Below, in pieces: positions 8,057-16,876 of a stretch of DNA of 64,000 nucleotides (positions are counted from its first letter, which is position 1; each line of letters starts with the position of its first letter). The position numbers and the translations under genes were made by a program. The notes under the pieces were generated by a model, which was not told where the DNA came from, did no database searches, and was given only the letters and a program-made list of their open reading frames with translations. The DNA lies in sequence record PQ330092.1. One strand, given 5' to 3'.

Positions 8057-8236
8057 TCAAAATTTTATTTTGTTTTTCCAATAGTTCCCCTACCGCGTGG
8101 GGATAGTTTCCCCGCAGTATCTGTAGTTAGATTTTTCTGAATCTGGAATCATTATCTTATAAACTGGGGGCAATGTCAACGACCTGGCCGGATATTTTTA
8201 AAAATTTTTTCAGTACTGAATTTTGGGCGTAACTAT

Positions 8237-8465
8237 GCACCCGGTGGGCTTGAGTCTTTCTCGACTTGATGGAACTATTATACAGTACTGGAAAAATAAA
8301 GCAATACCCTGGATGAAAAAAGTTTTAATTAATTTGCTTGCCATCCTGGGCCGGACTATGGTACTATATTTCAGTACTGAGAAAGTGCGTTTACCTGCTA
8401 GGGTGCGGGAGTGTATCCTTTTTTTATATCTTGAATTTTGGGCGTAATTCCGCACCCTCTGGGGT
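8237..8465. promoter_or_regulatory. three CCC-Ann-GGGTGC elements with minus-strand promoters
   Basis: Motifs at 8237-8250(-), 8393-8406(+, degenerate) and 8452-8465(-). Minus-strand TTGCTT-16-TATAAT and TTGACT-16-TATAAT upstream. Confidence 0.6.
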
Positions 8466-8671
8466 TTCCGCTTTCTCGCGTCTATGTAGTAATTATACGC
8501 TTTTTCAGGATCAAGTCAATACCTAAAAACAAAATAATTGAAAATAATTTAACGCGTTTAAACGGCCTGTAAAGCCCTGGAATGATTGGAATGGTGCAAA
8601 TGTATAGCTTATGTGTATTAATGCGTTAGAATGCGTCTGAGGCCGTTTTATGGGGTGTAGTAGTGATTTGG

Positions 8672-8764
8672 TTGATTCAGTACTGAATAATAGTACTCCT
8701 ATATAGAAAGATAGTTCCCCTGGATTGATTCAGTACTGAATAATAGTACTCCTATATAGAAAGA
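8672..8764 (+). repeat. 40-bp exact direct repeat (8672-8711, 8725-8764)
   Basis: TTGATTCAGTACTGAATAATAGTACTCCTATATAGAAAGA x2. Confidence 0.9.
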
Positions 8765-8795
8765 AAACTATTTTAAAAGTATTTGTAGAAAGTAC

Positions 8796-8856
8796 TTGCA
8801 CCGTACTGATAAAAGCGTATAATGTTTTACATCGAGAGCGGGAACACTTCCCGCTA
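8796..8856 (+). promoter_or_regulatory. prototype promoter/stem-loop cassette head (~45 promoters per DTR, many with the hairpin)
   Basis: AAAGTAC-TTGCAC-16-TATAAT-GTTTTAC-ATCGAGA-GCGGGAA-cac-TTCCCGC. Variants at 9256, 9936, 11299, 11554, 13622, 13959, 15544, 15774, 16360, 16795, 19524, 21105, 23650, 23955, 24503, 24839, 25479, 26347 and others (approximate positions). Confidence 0.9.
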
Positions 8857-8878
8857 CACATTAAGAGAGATTAAAACG

Positions 8879-9241
8879 ATGGCGACTCAAATCAATAAAA
8901 TCATGCTTAACCTGGTAAACTTCCGCGAAGAGATGAAAGGTCTTCCGGCTGAAACTGTAAAAATTCACATTGCAGCTTATCGGGAACTTATTGCAATGTT
9001 GCCGCTTAAGCGTGAACAATACGCCGCTACTTTGATGCTTGATTCAATGATCCATATAATGATCTCAAATGATTTAACGATGGTTTATCAGTACATGGGC
9101 GAAAATTTCGCGGTGTGTAGTAAGCCAGTACCAGGGATGGCAACTACTGAGGAATTGCACGGTTTAAATTTAAAGCAAGATGCATGGGATAATATGCCTC
9201 GTTTCCTGGTATGGGCTGACAGTGGCAAAATTTACAAATAA
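8879..9241 (+). CDS. hypothetical early protein
   Basis: Own promoter/hairpin; MATQINK start. Confidence 0.8.
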   Translation: MATQINKIMLNLVNFREEMKGLPAETVKIHIAAYRELIAMLPLKREQYAATLMLDSMIHIMISNDLTMVYQYMGENFAVCSKPVPGMATTEELHGLNLKQDAWDNMPRFLVWADSGKIYK

Positions 9242-9333
9242 GTTTAATAAAGTACTTGCAAACTAAGTTTAAAAGCGTATAATGTTTTACATCAGGTGGG
9301 GAATAGTTCCCCACTATATAAGAGGATTAAAAA

Positions 9334-9573
9334 ATGGCTAAATCAAAAATGTTCTTAGGTCACAAAAACAAAACTCATTGGAATGTAAGCCTTTGGATTA
9401 ATAACGATGAATCATTATACCGGTTGGCCCAGGACTTTATTAACGATAGCACTAATCGCAATGATGCGGCCCGTCATATGATGTTATTTTTAGAACAGAC
9501 TGGACAAGATAAAACACCGGACGGATTCAAATATAGCACTACTGCGATCCGTGCGGCGATGGTTGGAATGTAA
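9334..9573 (+). CDS. conserved phage hypothetical (WNVSLWINNDE...TPDG type)
   Basis: Own promoter, SD GAGGA; motif recalled from phage hypothetical proteins. Confidence 0.8.
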   Translation: MAKSKMFLGHKNKTHWNVSLWINNDESLYRLAQDFINDSTNRNDAARHMMLFLEQTGQDKTPDGFKYSTTAIRAAMVGM

Positions 9574-9661
9574 TAGAATAGAATTTATTTAAAGTACTAT
9601 TGCACGCTGATAGTACTTTATAATAGTGTTTTATTCATACACCAACGATAAGGGCAACAGC

Positions 9662-9928
9662 ATGAATATTAAGTATTTTGCGACGCGTGAACAAGCTCGG
9701 ATCGCCGCACGCCAGGACGGGGCAACGTTTAAAGATATGGGCGTACAATCGGAACGTGGTAAACGTTGGGCCATTGTAAAGCGTAGTACCGCCAGATCAT
9801 TACAGTACTGGTTAGCGGCCTTAAAAAGTCCCGATAGTGTATCGCGTCGAGTGGTAGAAATAAAGCTCGACCGAAAGGGCAACCGCGTGACCGTGTACCG
9901 TACTAAAAAGATTGCAGTACTTGAATAA
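9662..9928 (+). CDS. hypothetical basic protein; paralogue of 21607
   Basis: ATRExAR...FKDMG...RWA...RKGNRVTVY shared. Confidence 0.8.
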   Translation: MNIKYFATREQARIAARQDGATFKDMGVQSERGKRWAIVKRSTARSLQYWLAALKSPDSVSRRVVEIKLDRKGNRVTVYRTKKIAVLE

Positions 9929-10015
9929 AAAGTACTTGCAAACTATGTTTAAAGGCGTATAATGTTTTACATCGAGAGCGGGAACTCTTCCCGCCTATAA
10001 CCTGGAGTAATAAAA

Positions 10016-10246
10016 ATGACTAATATGTATATGACTGAAGTTAAAACCGTAAAAGATACTACCACGAATAAAACTACTTACTTACAGCGGATCTGTGGTG
10101 TATGGCAACGTATCAGCAAATCAAAGTACTTTAAATTAACATCATATGCCAATCGTTCGGATTCATTCAGTACTGAAATAAAAGGTAATAAAGTACACCA
10201 ATACGGCACTTATTATTATTATAGCCTGGACGCGATTGTAGTATAA
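10016..10246 (+). CDS. hypothetical early protein
   Basis: Own promoter/hairpin, SD GGAG. Confidence 0.8.
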   Translation: MTNMYMTEVKTVKDTTTNKTTYLQRICGVWQRISKSKYFKLTSYANRSDSFSTEIKGNKVHQYGTYYYYSLDAIVV

Positions 10247-10278
10247 GTAGTTTACAAATCTTTACAATTGCCAGTATT

Positions 10279-10450
10279 GACTTATTTTGTCAGTACTGGC
10301 ATAATGTATTCATTGGCAGATAAGCCGTAGCCCATAGGGTGCGGAAGTGTATCTATAGAAAAAGTAGTTTAGTACAGTTACAATTGTGCACCCGGTGGGT
10401 TAGCTGTTGTCATGGGGTATATTATACCAGTACTGGATAGTGCTGTCAAT
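10279..10450. promoter_or_regulatory. convergent pair of ORF-less promoter units with CCC-Ann-GGGTGC motifs
   Basis: + TTGACT-17-CATAAT leads to AGCCCATAGGGTGC (10329); minus TTGACA..TATAAT leads to AACCCACCGGGTGC (10388-10401). Confidence 0.7.
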
Positions 10451-10531
10451 ACTTTTTTTTTACTATTCAGTACTGAAAACTATTTTTAAAAAGTACTTGC
10501 AAACTATGTTTAAAGGCGTATAATGTTTTAC

Positions 10532-10606
10532 ATCAGGACGGGGAACGAAATAAGTAACTTCCCGTTAAGTAGCCCAGGAGTAAGGCACACGAAAAACTCC
10601 CCTGAT
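10532..10606 (+). ncRNA. candidate pseudoknot ncRNA, copy A
   Basis: Own promoter, no ORF. ATCAGG/CCTGAT closing stem; core TAAGTAGCCCAGGAGTAAGGCACACGAAAAACTCC. Confidence 0.7.
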
Positions 10607-10674
10607 AAAATAGTTTGACAAATGTTTTTAAAAGCGTATAATACTTACATCAACTACTGAATGAGGGTTACAAA

Positions 10675-11286
10675 ATGAAAACTATCACTACTACTACTTT
10701 CGTTATGGATTTTTCTGAATTGAACGCAGAACAAAAAACGTCAGCTATCGAACTGGTTCGGGAACGTGAAAAAAACTCAAACGACAATTATTTTTCTGAA
10801 AGTGAAATTGAATACTATAAAGAAACAGTACTACCGGAATATGGCATTAATGACGCTGAAATACAATTCAGTGGTTTTTGGTCCCAGGGTGACGGTGCAT
10901 CAATCAGTACTGACCACGTTGACGCAGTGAAGTTTTTACGCAAGGTAAGAGCATTAACTAAGTATCGCTCAATCCGTCACCTGCTGAATGAAGATGATTT
11001 GGCGATGAGTGTAAAGCGTTCGCACTCCCACTACTCGCATGAGAATACTGTAAGCGGGTACATTGAATCGGCTTACACTGATTTAACCGCAAAACAAGAA
11101 ACGTTAGTTAATGAGCTTGAGGAATTACTCACTGAAACTATTCGTGAATTGTCACGCAAGTTGTACCGTGATTTAGAGAATGCATATGAGGATCAATTCA
11201 CTACTGAAAACATTACGGCACTGATTGAGGGTAACGAGTATCAATTCAATGTTATTGATGGCGTAGTGGAATCAATCGAATATTAA
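10675..11286 (+). CDS. conserved phage hypothetical, acidic (FSGFWSQGDGAS motif)
   Basis: 203-aa ORF; own promoter TTGACA-16-TATAAT. Confidence 0.85.
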   Translation: MKTITTTTFVMDFSELNAEQKTSAIELVREREKNSNDNYFSESEIEYYKETVLPEYGINDAEIQFSGFWSQGDGASISTDHVDAVKFLRKVRALTKYRSIRHLLNEDDLAMSVKRSHSHYSHENTVSGYIESAYTDLTAKQETLVNELEELLTETIRELSRKLYRDLENAYEDQFTTENITALIEGNEYQFNVIDGVVESIEY

Positions 11287-11378
11287 TTTAAAAAGTACTT
11301 GCAAACTAAGTTTAAAAGCGTATAATACTTTATATCGAGAGCGGGAATAGTTCCCGCTACTAATGAGGAATACTACAA

Positions 11379-11543
11379 ATGAATACTTTTACCTTCGCTC
11401 AATTGAACGCCCTGGATGTATTGTCTGATGCTTTGCGGGATGCAACTGAAAGCGGTTTATTTGACAATGTTGACATTCACCCTGATGTAATTAATAATTT
11501 TTGTGATGCTATCGCAGAAGTACTGGAAGATCTAAAAAAATAA
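11379..11543 (+). CDS. hypothetical 54-aa acidic protein (below ORF-track cutoff)
   Basis: Own promoter/hairpin, SD GAGGA; MNTFTFAQLNALDVLSDAL. Confidence 0.75.
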   Translation: MNTFTFAQLNALDVLSDALRDATESGLFDNVDIHPDVINNFCDAIAEVLEDLKK

Positions 11544-11631
11544 TAGAAAGTACTTGCAATTAGTTTTTAGTACTGTATAATAGTTTACATAGAGGGGAGA
11601 AATGGTTCTCCCTGGTAATGAGGAAAATAAA

Positions 11632-11853
11632 ATGGCAAATATCACTACTCTTTCCCAACTGGAAGCACTGGTTAAATCTATGCGGGAACATGCCGACAAA
11701 ATCGGCGTACAAGATCCAGCCGTTTGCTTCTGCGACGAATTGAATGATGATACCCTGGTAATAGCAGAAGTCCAGGACGTTTCTAACTATTCCTCGCGTT
11801 ACACTGGCGGCGTAGCAAATAAAGGTGACTTCTGTTTATACCTTACAAAATAA
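11632..11853 (+). CDS. hypothetical early protein
   Basis: MANITT start after SD GAGGA. Confidence 0.8.
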   Translation: MANITTLSQLEALVKSMREHADKIGVQDPAVCFCDELNDDTLVIAEVQDVSNYSSRYTGGVANKGDFCLYLTK

Positions 11854-11919
11854 CAACGCGGGGAGATAATAACTCCCCGTTACTTTTTCAGTACTGAATC
11901 ATTTAATAGACGGATCTCG

Positions 11920-11990
11920 GCACCCGGTGGGTTAGTGACTGTTTCGTCTTGATGTAGTAATTATGCCAGTACTGGATGCACTTGTCAACA
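11920..11990 (-). promoter_or_regulatory. minus-strand ORF-less unit with AACCCACCGGGTGC
   Basis: Reverse complement TTGACA-17-CATAAT...CATCAAGACGAAACAGTCACTAACCCACCGGGTGC, near-identical to the + unit at 17893. Confidence 0.7.
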
Positions 11991-12095
11991 ACTATTTTTC
12001 AAATACTTTTTATTAAAATACTTGCTAATAGTTTTTAAACGCGTATAATGTTTTGCATAGGGGAGCGGTTCCCCTGGTAACTAAGGAATAAGAAA

Positions 12096-12332
12096 ATGCT
12101 TGAACAAATCAAATCAACGTCTGCTAATGTAACGGGAACGGTATCACACTTTATTGGTGATGAATCGCGGGGCGTTCCCTATTGTGCTGTACATGTAAAC
12201 ACTGAGGGTAACTACTGGTTTACGGTTTACGGATCATATTCATTTGGACGGCCAGGGCATCAAAAAATTCTGGATAAAGTACAGCCAACGGGTAAAAATA
12301 TCACGGCTGAAATGTTTTATAAAAAATCATAA
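12096..12332 (+). CDS. hypothetical early protein
   Basis: Own promoter/hairpin, SD AAGGA. Confidence 0.8.
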   Translation: MLEQIKSTSANVTGTVSHFIGDESRGVPYCAVHVNTEGNYWFTVYGSYSFGRPGHQKILDKVQPTGKNITAEMFYKKS

Positions 12333-12416
12333 AGTACTTGATAATAGTTTTTAGTACTGTATAATATTTTACATAGCACGGGGGAGCGGTTCCCCCTGGT
12401 AACTAAGGATAATCAA

Positions 12417-12716
12417 ATGAAAATTGCAATCATCGCCCTGGCTTTATCTGTTTCCTCTTTCGCTGTTAATGCGTCGTTAGATGTGAGTAGTGAAAAATTC
12501 ATTCAGTGCACTGTTGCGATGACCAATGAAAGTACGGGCGAGATTGTTTTAAAGGATTTAGAGATCCAGCCACAAGCATTTAAAAACGGGCCGTTCCATG
12601 AAGAAGACGAAAACGGTAGCACAACCATTTATTATGATGCAAGTACTAAGCGTGGATCGGTCACGGTTATGGATACAGAGAAAGTAACGCACACAGGAGT
12701 AATTAACTGTTTATAA
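12417..12716 (+). CDS. putative exported protein (signal peptide)
   Basis: MKIAIIALALSVSSFAVNA: basic-hydrophobic-AxA. Confidence 0.7.
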   Translation: MKIAIIALALSVSSFAVNASLDVSSEKFIQCTVAMTNESTGEIVLKDLEIQPQAFKNGPFHEEDENGSTTIYYDASTKRGSVTVMDTEKVTHTGVINCL

Positions 12717-12733
12717 TCTAGTACTGAATCACT

Positions 12734-12760
12734 AGCCCACCTTAAACAGTGGGCTTTTTT
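12734..12760 (+). terminator. rho-independent terminator
   Basis: AGCCCAC-cttaaaca-GTGGGCT-TTTTT; part of a 43-bp repeat. Confidence 0.85.
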
Positions 12761-12839
12761 GTTTTGTAGTACTGCATACTTTAAAAATAGTTTTAAAAAA
12801 GTAGTTGACATTACCACAAAAAGGCGTAGAATGTATTAC

Positions 12840-12901
12840 ATCAAGACGGGGAGCACTAAGTAGACCGCCAGTAAGTCGAACGAAAAACTGGACACGTCGA
12901 T
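12840..12901 (+). ncRNA. candidate pseudoknot RNA, copy C (leader of H-NS-like gene)
   Basis: Core TAAGTAGACCGCCAGTAAGTCGAACGAAAAACTGG with compensatory changes vs copies A/B. Confidence 0.65.
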
Positions 12902-12955
12902 AAAACTTTGATACACTAATAAACGTAAACTAAACTTTAATTGAGGATTTATAAA

Positions 12956-13438
12956 ATGGCTAATGTAAAATCATTCCTGAAAGCACTGATTTCAAACGAT
13001 ACTGTTATTGCTGCTGAATTGCTGGCTGAACTGGATAACGATACAATGAAAGCGGTACGCAACAATTTTAACATTGCGTACAGTGAAGCTAAAGAACTGC
13101 AAGCCAAAAAGGTAGCAGAACTGGAAGAACAGAAAAAAGCCCGTGAAGCAGAACTACAAGCAACAATCGAAAGTATCCAGGCGGCAGTAGTTGGATTGGA
13201 TCTGGAAGTGGTTGTAGAAATGGCACATAAAGCCCTGGCGGTTAAGTACGGTGAAGATAAGCCGGAATCTAAGCCTAAAAAATGGATTCAGGAACGCGTA
13301 GCGGTAGTACTGGACAACGGGGAAGAATATCTTATTCCGGTGCGTGGTAACTGCATTGCGGTAGTACTGGACGCTATCAAAGAAAGCGGTATGACTCGCG
13401 AGGAATGGATCGAAGCTCATCGCAAAGTTGAAGCATAA
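12956..13438 (+). CDS. H-NS-like protein (coiled coil + degenerate DNA-binding domain)
   Basis: C-terminus LDNGEEYLIPVRGNCIAVVLDAIKESGMTREEWI aligns by eye with E. coli H-NS [35 protein letters not shown]; central coiled coil. Confidence 0.55.
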   Translation: MANVKSFLKALISNDTVIAAELLAELDNDTMKAVRNNFNIAYSEAKELQAKKVAELEEQKKAREAELQATIESIQAAVVGLDLEVVVEMAHKALAVKYGEDKPESKPKKWIQERVAVVLDNGEEYLIPVRGNCIAVVLDAIKESGMTREEWIEAHRKVEA

Positions 13439-13459
13439 CAATTAAAGTACTGAATCACT

Positions 13460-13486
13460 AGCCCACCTTAAACAGTGGGCTTTTTT
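13460..13486 (+). terminator. rho-independent terminator (identical to 12734)
   Basis: Same hairpin + T-run. Confidence 0.85.
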
Positions 13487-13505
13487 GTGTCTGTAGTATT
13501 CCAGT

Positions 13506-13575
13506 CCACCAGCACCGCCTAGAATCGATTCTAACGCATTAAACTGATTATCTGATACATCGCCCTAGCTGGTGG
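13506..13575. other. Chi sites 13506-13513(-) and 13568-13575(+) around 14-bp palindrome TAGAATCGATTCTA
   Basis: Seen directly; intergenic. Confidence 0.75.
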
Positions 13576-13723
13576 CGTTAAGGTCGTTAGAATGCGATTG
13601 AGAGCGTTTAAAGTATTTTGCAAAAAGTAATAAAAAGTACTTGCACGATAAAGAGATTAGCGTATAATGTTTTACATCGAGAGGGGGAAACGGTTCTCCT
13701 TCCAAATCAAAGGAATCAAAACA

Positions 13724-13951
13724 ATGGCTATTATCATTACTCGCGTATCTGGTACTACTGGCAACGAACAAGTAGTTGCAGTCATTACTAACAAGGCAGG
13801 TGCGGAATTGCAAAATGCAATGAATACCTGGGCCGTTAATGAGTTCGGTCAGTGGGCAAGTGTAGCATACATTGAAACCTATCAAGTGCCGTCGATTAGT
13901 TTAACTGATTTGGGCGTTGAGCGTATCCTTTGCCTGGATGAATTAAATTAA
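13724..13951 (+). CDS. hypothetical early protein
   Basis: MAIIITRV start after SD AAGGA. Confidence 0.8.
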   Translation: MAIIITRVSGTTGNEQVVAVITNKAGAELQNAMNTWAVNEFGQWASVAYIETYQVPSISLTDLGVERILCLDELN

Positions 13952-14036
13952 AAAAGTACTTGCAAAGTAAATCGAATAAAGTATAATACATTACATCAAG
14001 GGGAGAAATGATTCTCCCCACTACAAGGAAACTAAA

Positions 14037-14249
14037 ATGGCTATCATTACTAAAATCAAAGTTAACAAGACTATCGTTAAACTGGCAGAAGTGAAAGAAG
14101 GTTATAAAGTATCTTGGTGCGGTATGTATCGGACGTTCGCAGATATAGATGATGCGATCAATTATTACAGTGACACGGTTAAAAACTTTGTTCGTGCTGA
14201 TGTGGTTATGGCAGTGGCAACATATAAAGCAGCGAAAGAAAGTAAGTAA
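14037..14249 (+). CDS. hypothetical early protein; weak similarity to 17173
   Basis: Own promoter/hairpin. Confidence 0.8.
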   Translation: MAIITKIKVNKTIVKLAEVKEGYKVSWCGMYRTFADIDDAINYYSDTVKNFVRADVVMAVATYKAAKESK

Positions 14250-14340
14250 AAATATTATCACAGTACTATTGACATAGTTTGATAGTACTGGCATAATAGA
14301 TTTTATCAAGACGACACATATTAATTTAAGGAATACTAAA

Positions 14341-14664
14341 ATGGCTAAAACTATCATCAACACCGTTTCCCTGGCTGCAATCCATGCAATCAATGTTGAC
14401 GGTAAACGTTGGACTGATTCATATGGCAATACTTATCATTCTTGTCATGTAAGCGTTGAACTGGATAACGGCTTGAATGATCTGGCGGTTGAATCATTTA
14501 CTTATGGCTATGAGGATGCATATCAACAAACGGCGGTATCACTCTTAAAGGAATCAGTAGACGGGCTTGATACTGTTGAAACCTCCCTCTATCGTTTGTG
14601 CAATGATCTTAATATCCCGTTGCATTGTACTGTACAGGATGTAAAACGTAAAAAAGATCTTTAA
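14341..14664 (+). CDS. hypothetical; paralogue of 21188
   Basis: RWTD..GNTYHSC...FTYGY...DVKRKKD shared. Confidence 0.85.
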   Translation: MAKTIINTVSLAAIHAINVDGKRWTDSYGNTYHSCHVSVELDNGLNDLAVESFTYGYEDAYQQTAVSLLKESVDGLDTVETSLYRLCNDLNIPLHCTVQDVKRKKDL

Positions 14665-14744
14665 TTAGCTTTACTTTATGCAGATACTTTGATATAGTGT
14701 CTGCATAGGGGAAAGAAATTAAATCAACTTAAGAGGATAGTAAA

Positions 14745-15014
14745 ATGAAAAATATCAGTACTTTAATCGATGCAGGTACACATGTTCGTCGGTCTATGGT
14801 TGCAACCAGTACTACAAAACAAGTAGCAAGCGGTTATCTTGTATTTGTGCACGATGGTAAACTCCTGGAACGTTCAATCAATTTTGATGTTAAAAACAAT
14901 TGCCGTTTTATTATCTTTAAGCGTGAACAATATAAAATTGATTTGCCAGCGAAGCCCATAAGCGGGGCGTACAACGTGCAATCATTGTTTGAGCGTCAAC
15001 CATACACCTATTAA
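14745..15014 (+). CDS. hypothetical early protein
   Basis: SD GAGGA. Confidence 0.8.
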   Translation: MKNISTLIDAGTHVRRSMVATSTTKQVASGYLVFVHDGKLLERSINFDVKNNCRFIIFKREQYKIDLPAKPISGAYNVQSLFERQPYTY

Positions 15015-15065
15015 TCAAAACATCGTTAGCGGTCGATTCAGGCCGCTTATATTGGGGATTATACC

Positions 15066-15338
15066 ATGAACGTTAATCAAGTACTGAATGAGATCGAAAG
15101 CATCATAAAACCGATGAAGCGTACTGATGCTATGTTAACACCGGAAGAATGCCGCCTTTATGAGCGTTACAGCGTCGAACAAGTCCAGGCGATGGCTATG
15201 GCTACCCCAGCCGTTAAACCGCCTGAGAATGCGTTACAGGACGTTACAGGGGATTATATCATTAATCCAGTACTAGGGAAGATGGCGGCAATCACCGAAG
15301 ATCAACAAGACTACTTAAGCCAGTACTTAAAAGGTTAA
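15066..15338 (+). CDS. hypothetical early protein
   Basis: SD GGGGA. Confidence 0.75.
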   Translation: MNVNQVLNEIESIIKPMKRTDAMLTPEECRLYERYSVEQVQAMAMATPAVKPPENALQDVTGDYIINPVLGKMAAITEDQQDYLSQYLKG

Positions 15339-15343
15339 TTAAT

Positions 15344-15553
15344 ATGCTTACTGTACAGGATAAGATCGACATCTTAAAGGTTAATATGTATGTGATTGAT
15401 GCCGTACCTGGTAAAGTATTTGCATACGATGACACCACTGTAAGCGATTTCTACTATAGCCAGGACGTGGGGGATCTTTCTGTACAGTCGGTTATTGAAA
15501 ACGTAGTTAATGCAGCGTATGAGCATTTACTTTCAAATAGTACTTGCAATTAG
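15344..15553 (+). CDS. hypothetical early protein
   Basis: ORF track; SD AAGGT. Confidence 0.75.
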   Translation: MLTVQDKIDILKVNMYVIDAVPGKVFAYDDTTVSDFYYSQDVGDLSVQSVIENVVNAAYEHLLSNSTCN

Positions 15554-15622
15554 TTTTTAAACGCGTATAATGTTTTACATGAAGGGGAGAAATAGTACTC
15601 CCCACTAATTAAGGAATAGTAA

Positions 15623-15769
15623 ATGAAAGCATCAAAAAAGAGTACTAACAAGAAAGCACGTTCACCTTTCGCTGGGGTATTCCCTTTACGTTTCGTTGAT
15701 GAAGTAGTTTCCTACCCGCCGGGCCTTACTCCTGAGATGGTAGAAAGTTTGCGTAAATCTAAAAAATAA
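15623..15769 (+). CDS. hypothetical 48-aa basic protein (below cutoff)
   Basis: Own promoter/hairpin, SD AAGGA; MKASKKSTNKKARSPF. Confidence 0.7.
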   Translation: MKASKKSTNKKARSPFAGVFPLRFVDEVVSYPPGLTPEMVESLRKSKK

Positions 15770-15850
15770 TACTTGCAATTAGTTTTCAGTACTGTATAAT
15801 GTTTTACATCAAGGGGAGAAATGATTCTCCCCACTATCAGGAGAAACAAA

Positions 15851-16003
15851 ATGAAACAATATAATGCTCGGTTTGATGTTACTATCGGTAACGGCAAAGG
15901 TCAATTTTCTTTCAGTACTCGACGCAGTTATACAGAAAACTTCCTGCGTAATTGTGCACTGACCGCCGCTCAAATTAAACACTATTTTCAGGCTAAAAAA
16001 TGA
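15851..16003 (+). CDS. hypothetical 50 aa
   Basis: MKQYNARF after SD AGGAG. Confidence 0.75.
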   Translation: MKQYNARFDVTIGNGKGQFSFSTRRSYTENFLRNCALTAAQIKHYFQAKK

Positions 16004-16089
16004 AATCATTAGCTTATTACAGTTCGGCCCTGGTCGGTGCATTGATCGCGGCATTGTTAGTAACCTATCTATTCTTTATGGTGATTTAA
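16000..16089 (+). CDS. 29-aa hydrophobic membrane peptide
   Basis: ATGA overlap; MKSLAYYSSALVGALIAALLVTYLFFMVI. Confidence 0.55.
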   Translation: MKSLAYYSSALVGALIAALLVTYLFFMVI

Positions 16090-16224
16090 ATGAATCCTAA
16101 CGGTATAATTTACAGTACTCCTAAAACGAAAGCAGACAAGGTAAACGCTAAAAAAGCGAAAGTAAAGGAGTACATCAAACAAGGAATGACACGAAAGGCC
16201 GCAGTACTTAAAGCTAAAAAATAA
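16090..16224 (+). CDS. 44-aa Lys-rich peptide
   Basis: Abuts upstream stop; MNPNGIIYSTPKTKADKVNAKKAK. Confidence 0.55.
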   Translation: MNPNGIIYSTPKTKADKVNAKKAKVKEYIKQGMTRKAAVLKAKK

Positions 16225-16228
16225 ATGA

Positions 16229-16318
16229 AAAAAGTGGTTGACTTCGGTCAGCCATTTTGCTATTATATATTCATTGAGAGATAGCTCACTAGCCCACAGG
16301 GTGCAGGAGTGTATCTAT
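16229..16318 (+). promoter_or_regulatory. terminator hairpin fused to promoter, then CCC-ACA-GGGTGC unit
   Basis: AAAAGTGGTTGAC-TTCG-GTCAGCCATTTT overlaps TTGACT-17-TATTAT; motif 16291-16304 followed by TGTATCTAT. Confidence 0.75.
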
Positions 16319-16438
16319 TGTATAAGTATTGAGTACTGAAAACTATTTTTAAAAAGTACTTGCAAACTATCTCAATAGGCGTATAATGTTTTACATCGAA
16401 AGGGGAAACGGTTTCCCCTGGTAATAAGGAAACAAATC

Positions 16439-16780
16439 ATGACTATTGCAATTGCTCAATCTAACTTTGAAAATGAAATCATCGCTCAGACACTGCGTTT
16501 AAGTGATGGTCGGGCCGAAATTAATTACGGTTTCAATTCAGGCGGTTGTGAAAAATATCAGTACTTTGTAACGGCTGATGGCGGTGTCCTGGGTATCAAT
16601 ACAGTTATTGTAAACATCCAAAAAATTAATTTCAATGATCCAGACGATAGCCAGTTTTACATCACAGGCGTAGACGTGAACTATGAGGATGACTCACTAA
16701 CTGATGATCACACTGGCGAGCGGTTAGAAAGTGCATACGGTGAAGATGATTATCAGTCCGGTCCAGAAGATTTCGAATAA
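16439..16780 (+). CDS. conserved phage hypothetical, acidic (YFVTADGG...VNYED...ESAY)
   Basis: Own promoter/hairpin, SD AAGGA. Confidence 0.85.
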   Translation: MTIAIAQSNFENEIIAQTLRLSDGRAEINYGFNSGGCEKYQYFVTADGGVLGINTVIVNIQKINFNDPDDSQFYITGVDVNYEDDSLTDDHTGERLESAYGEDDYQSGPEDFE

Positions 16781-16876
16781 TATAAAAAAATAGTTTGACA
16801 ATAGATTATAGTACTGTATAATAGTTTACATCAAGGGGAGAAAAACTTCTCCCCACTAACAGAGAGAGAAAACAAA

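Noticed and set aside
8081-8118. GTTCCCC-N8-GGGGATA resembling a solitary type I-E CRISPR repeat (possible RNA anti-CRISPR)
   Set aside because: It lacks the AAACCG 3' part, the stem is imperfect, there is no obvious promoter, and it matches the local AATAGTTCCCC leader-hairpin family
8210-8526. ORFs 8210(-), 8223(+), 8338(+) and their copies at 28324-28640
   Set aside because: No SD; they overlap a dense cluster of promoters and CCC-Ann-GGGTGC elements, so they are probably non-coding
10532-10606. Known self-cleaving ribozyme or riboswitch identity for the pseudoknot RNA
   Set aside because: No CUGANGA/GAAA hammerhead core, and the stem order differs from HDV-like and pistol folds; left unassigned pending an Rfam search
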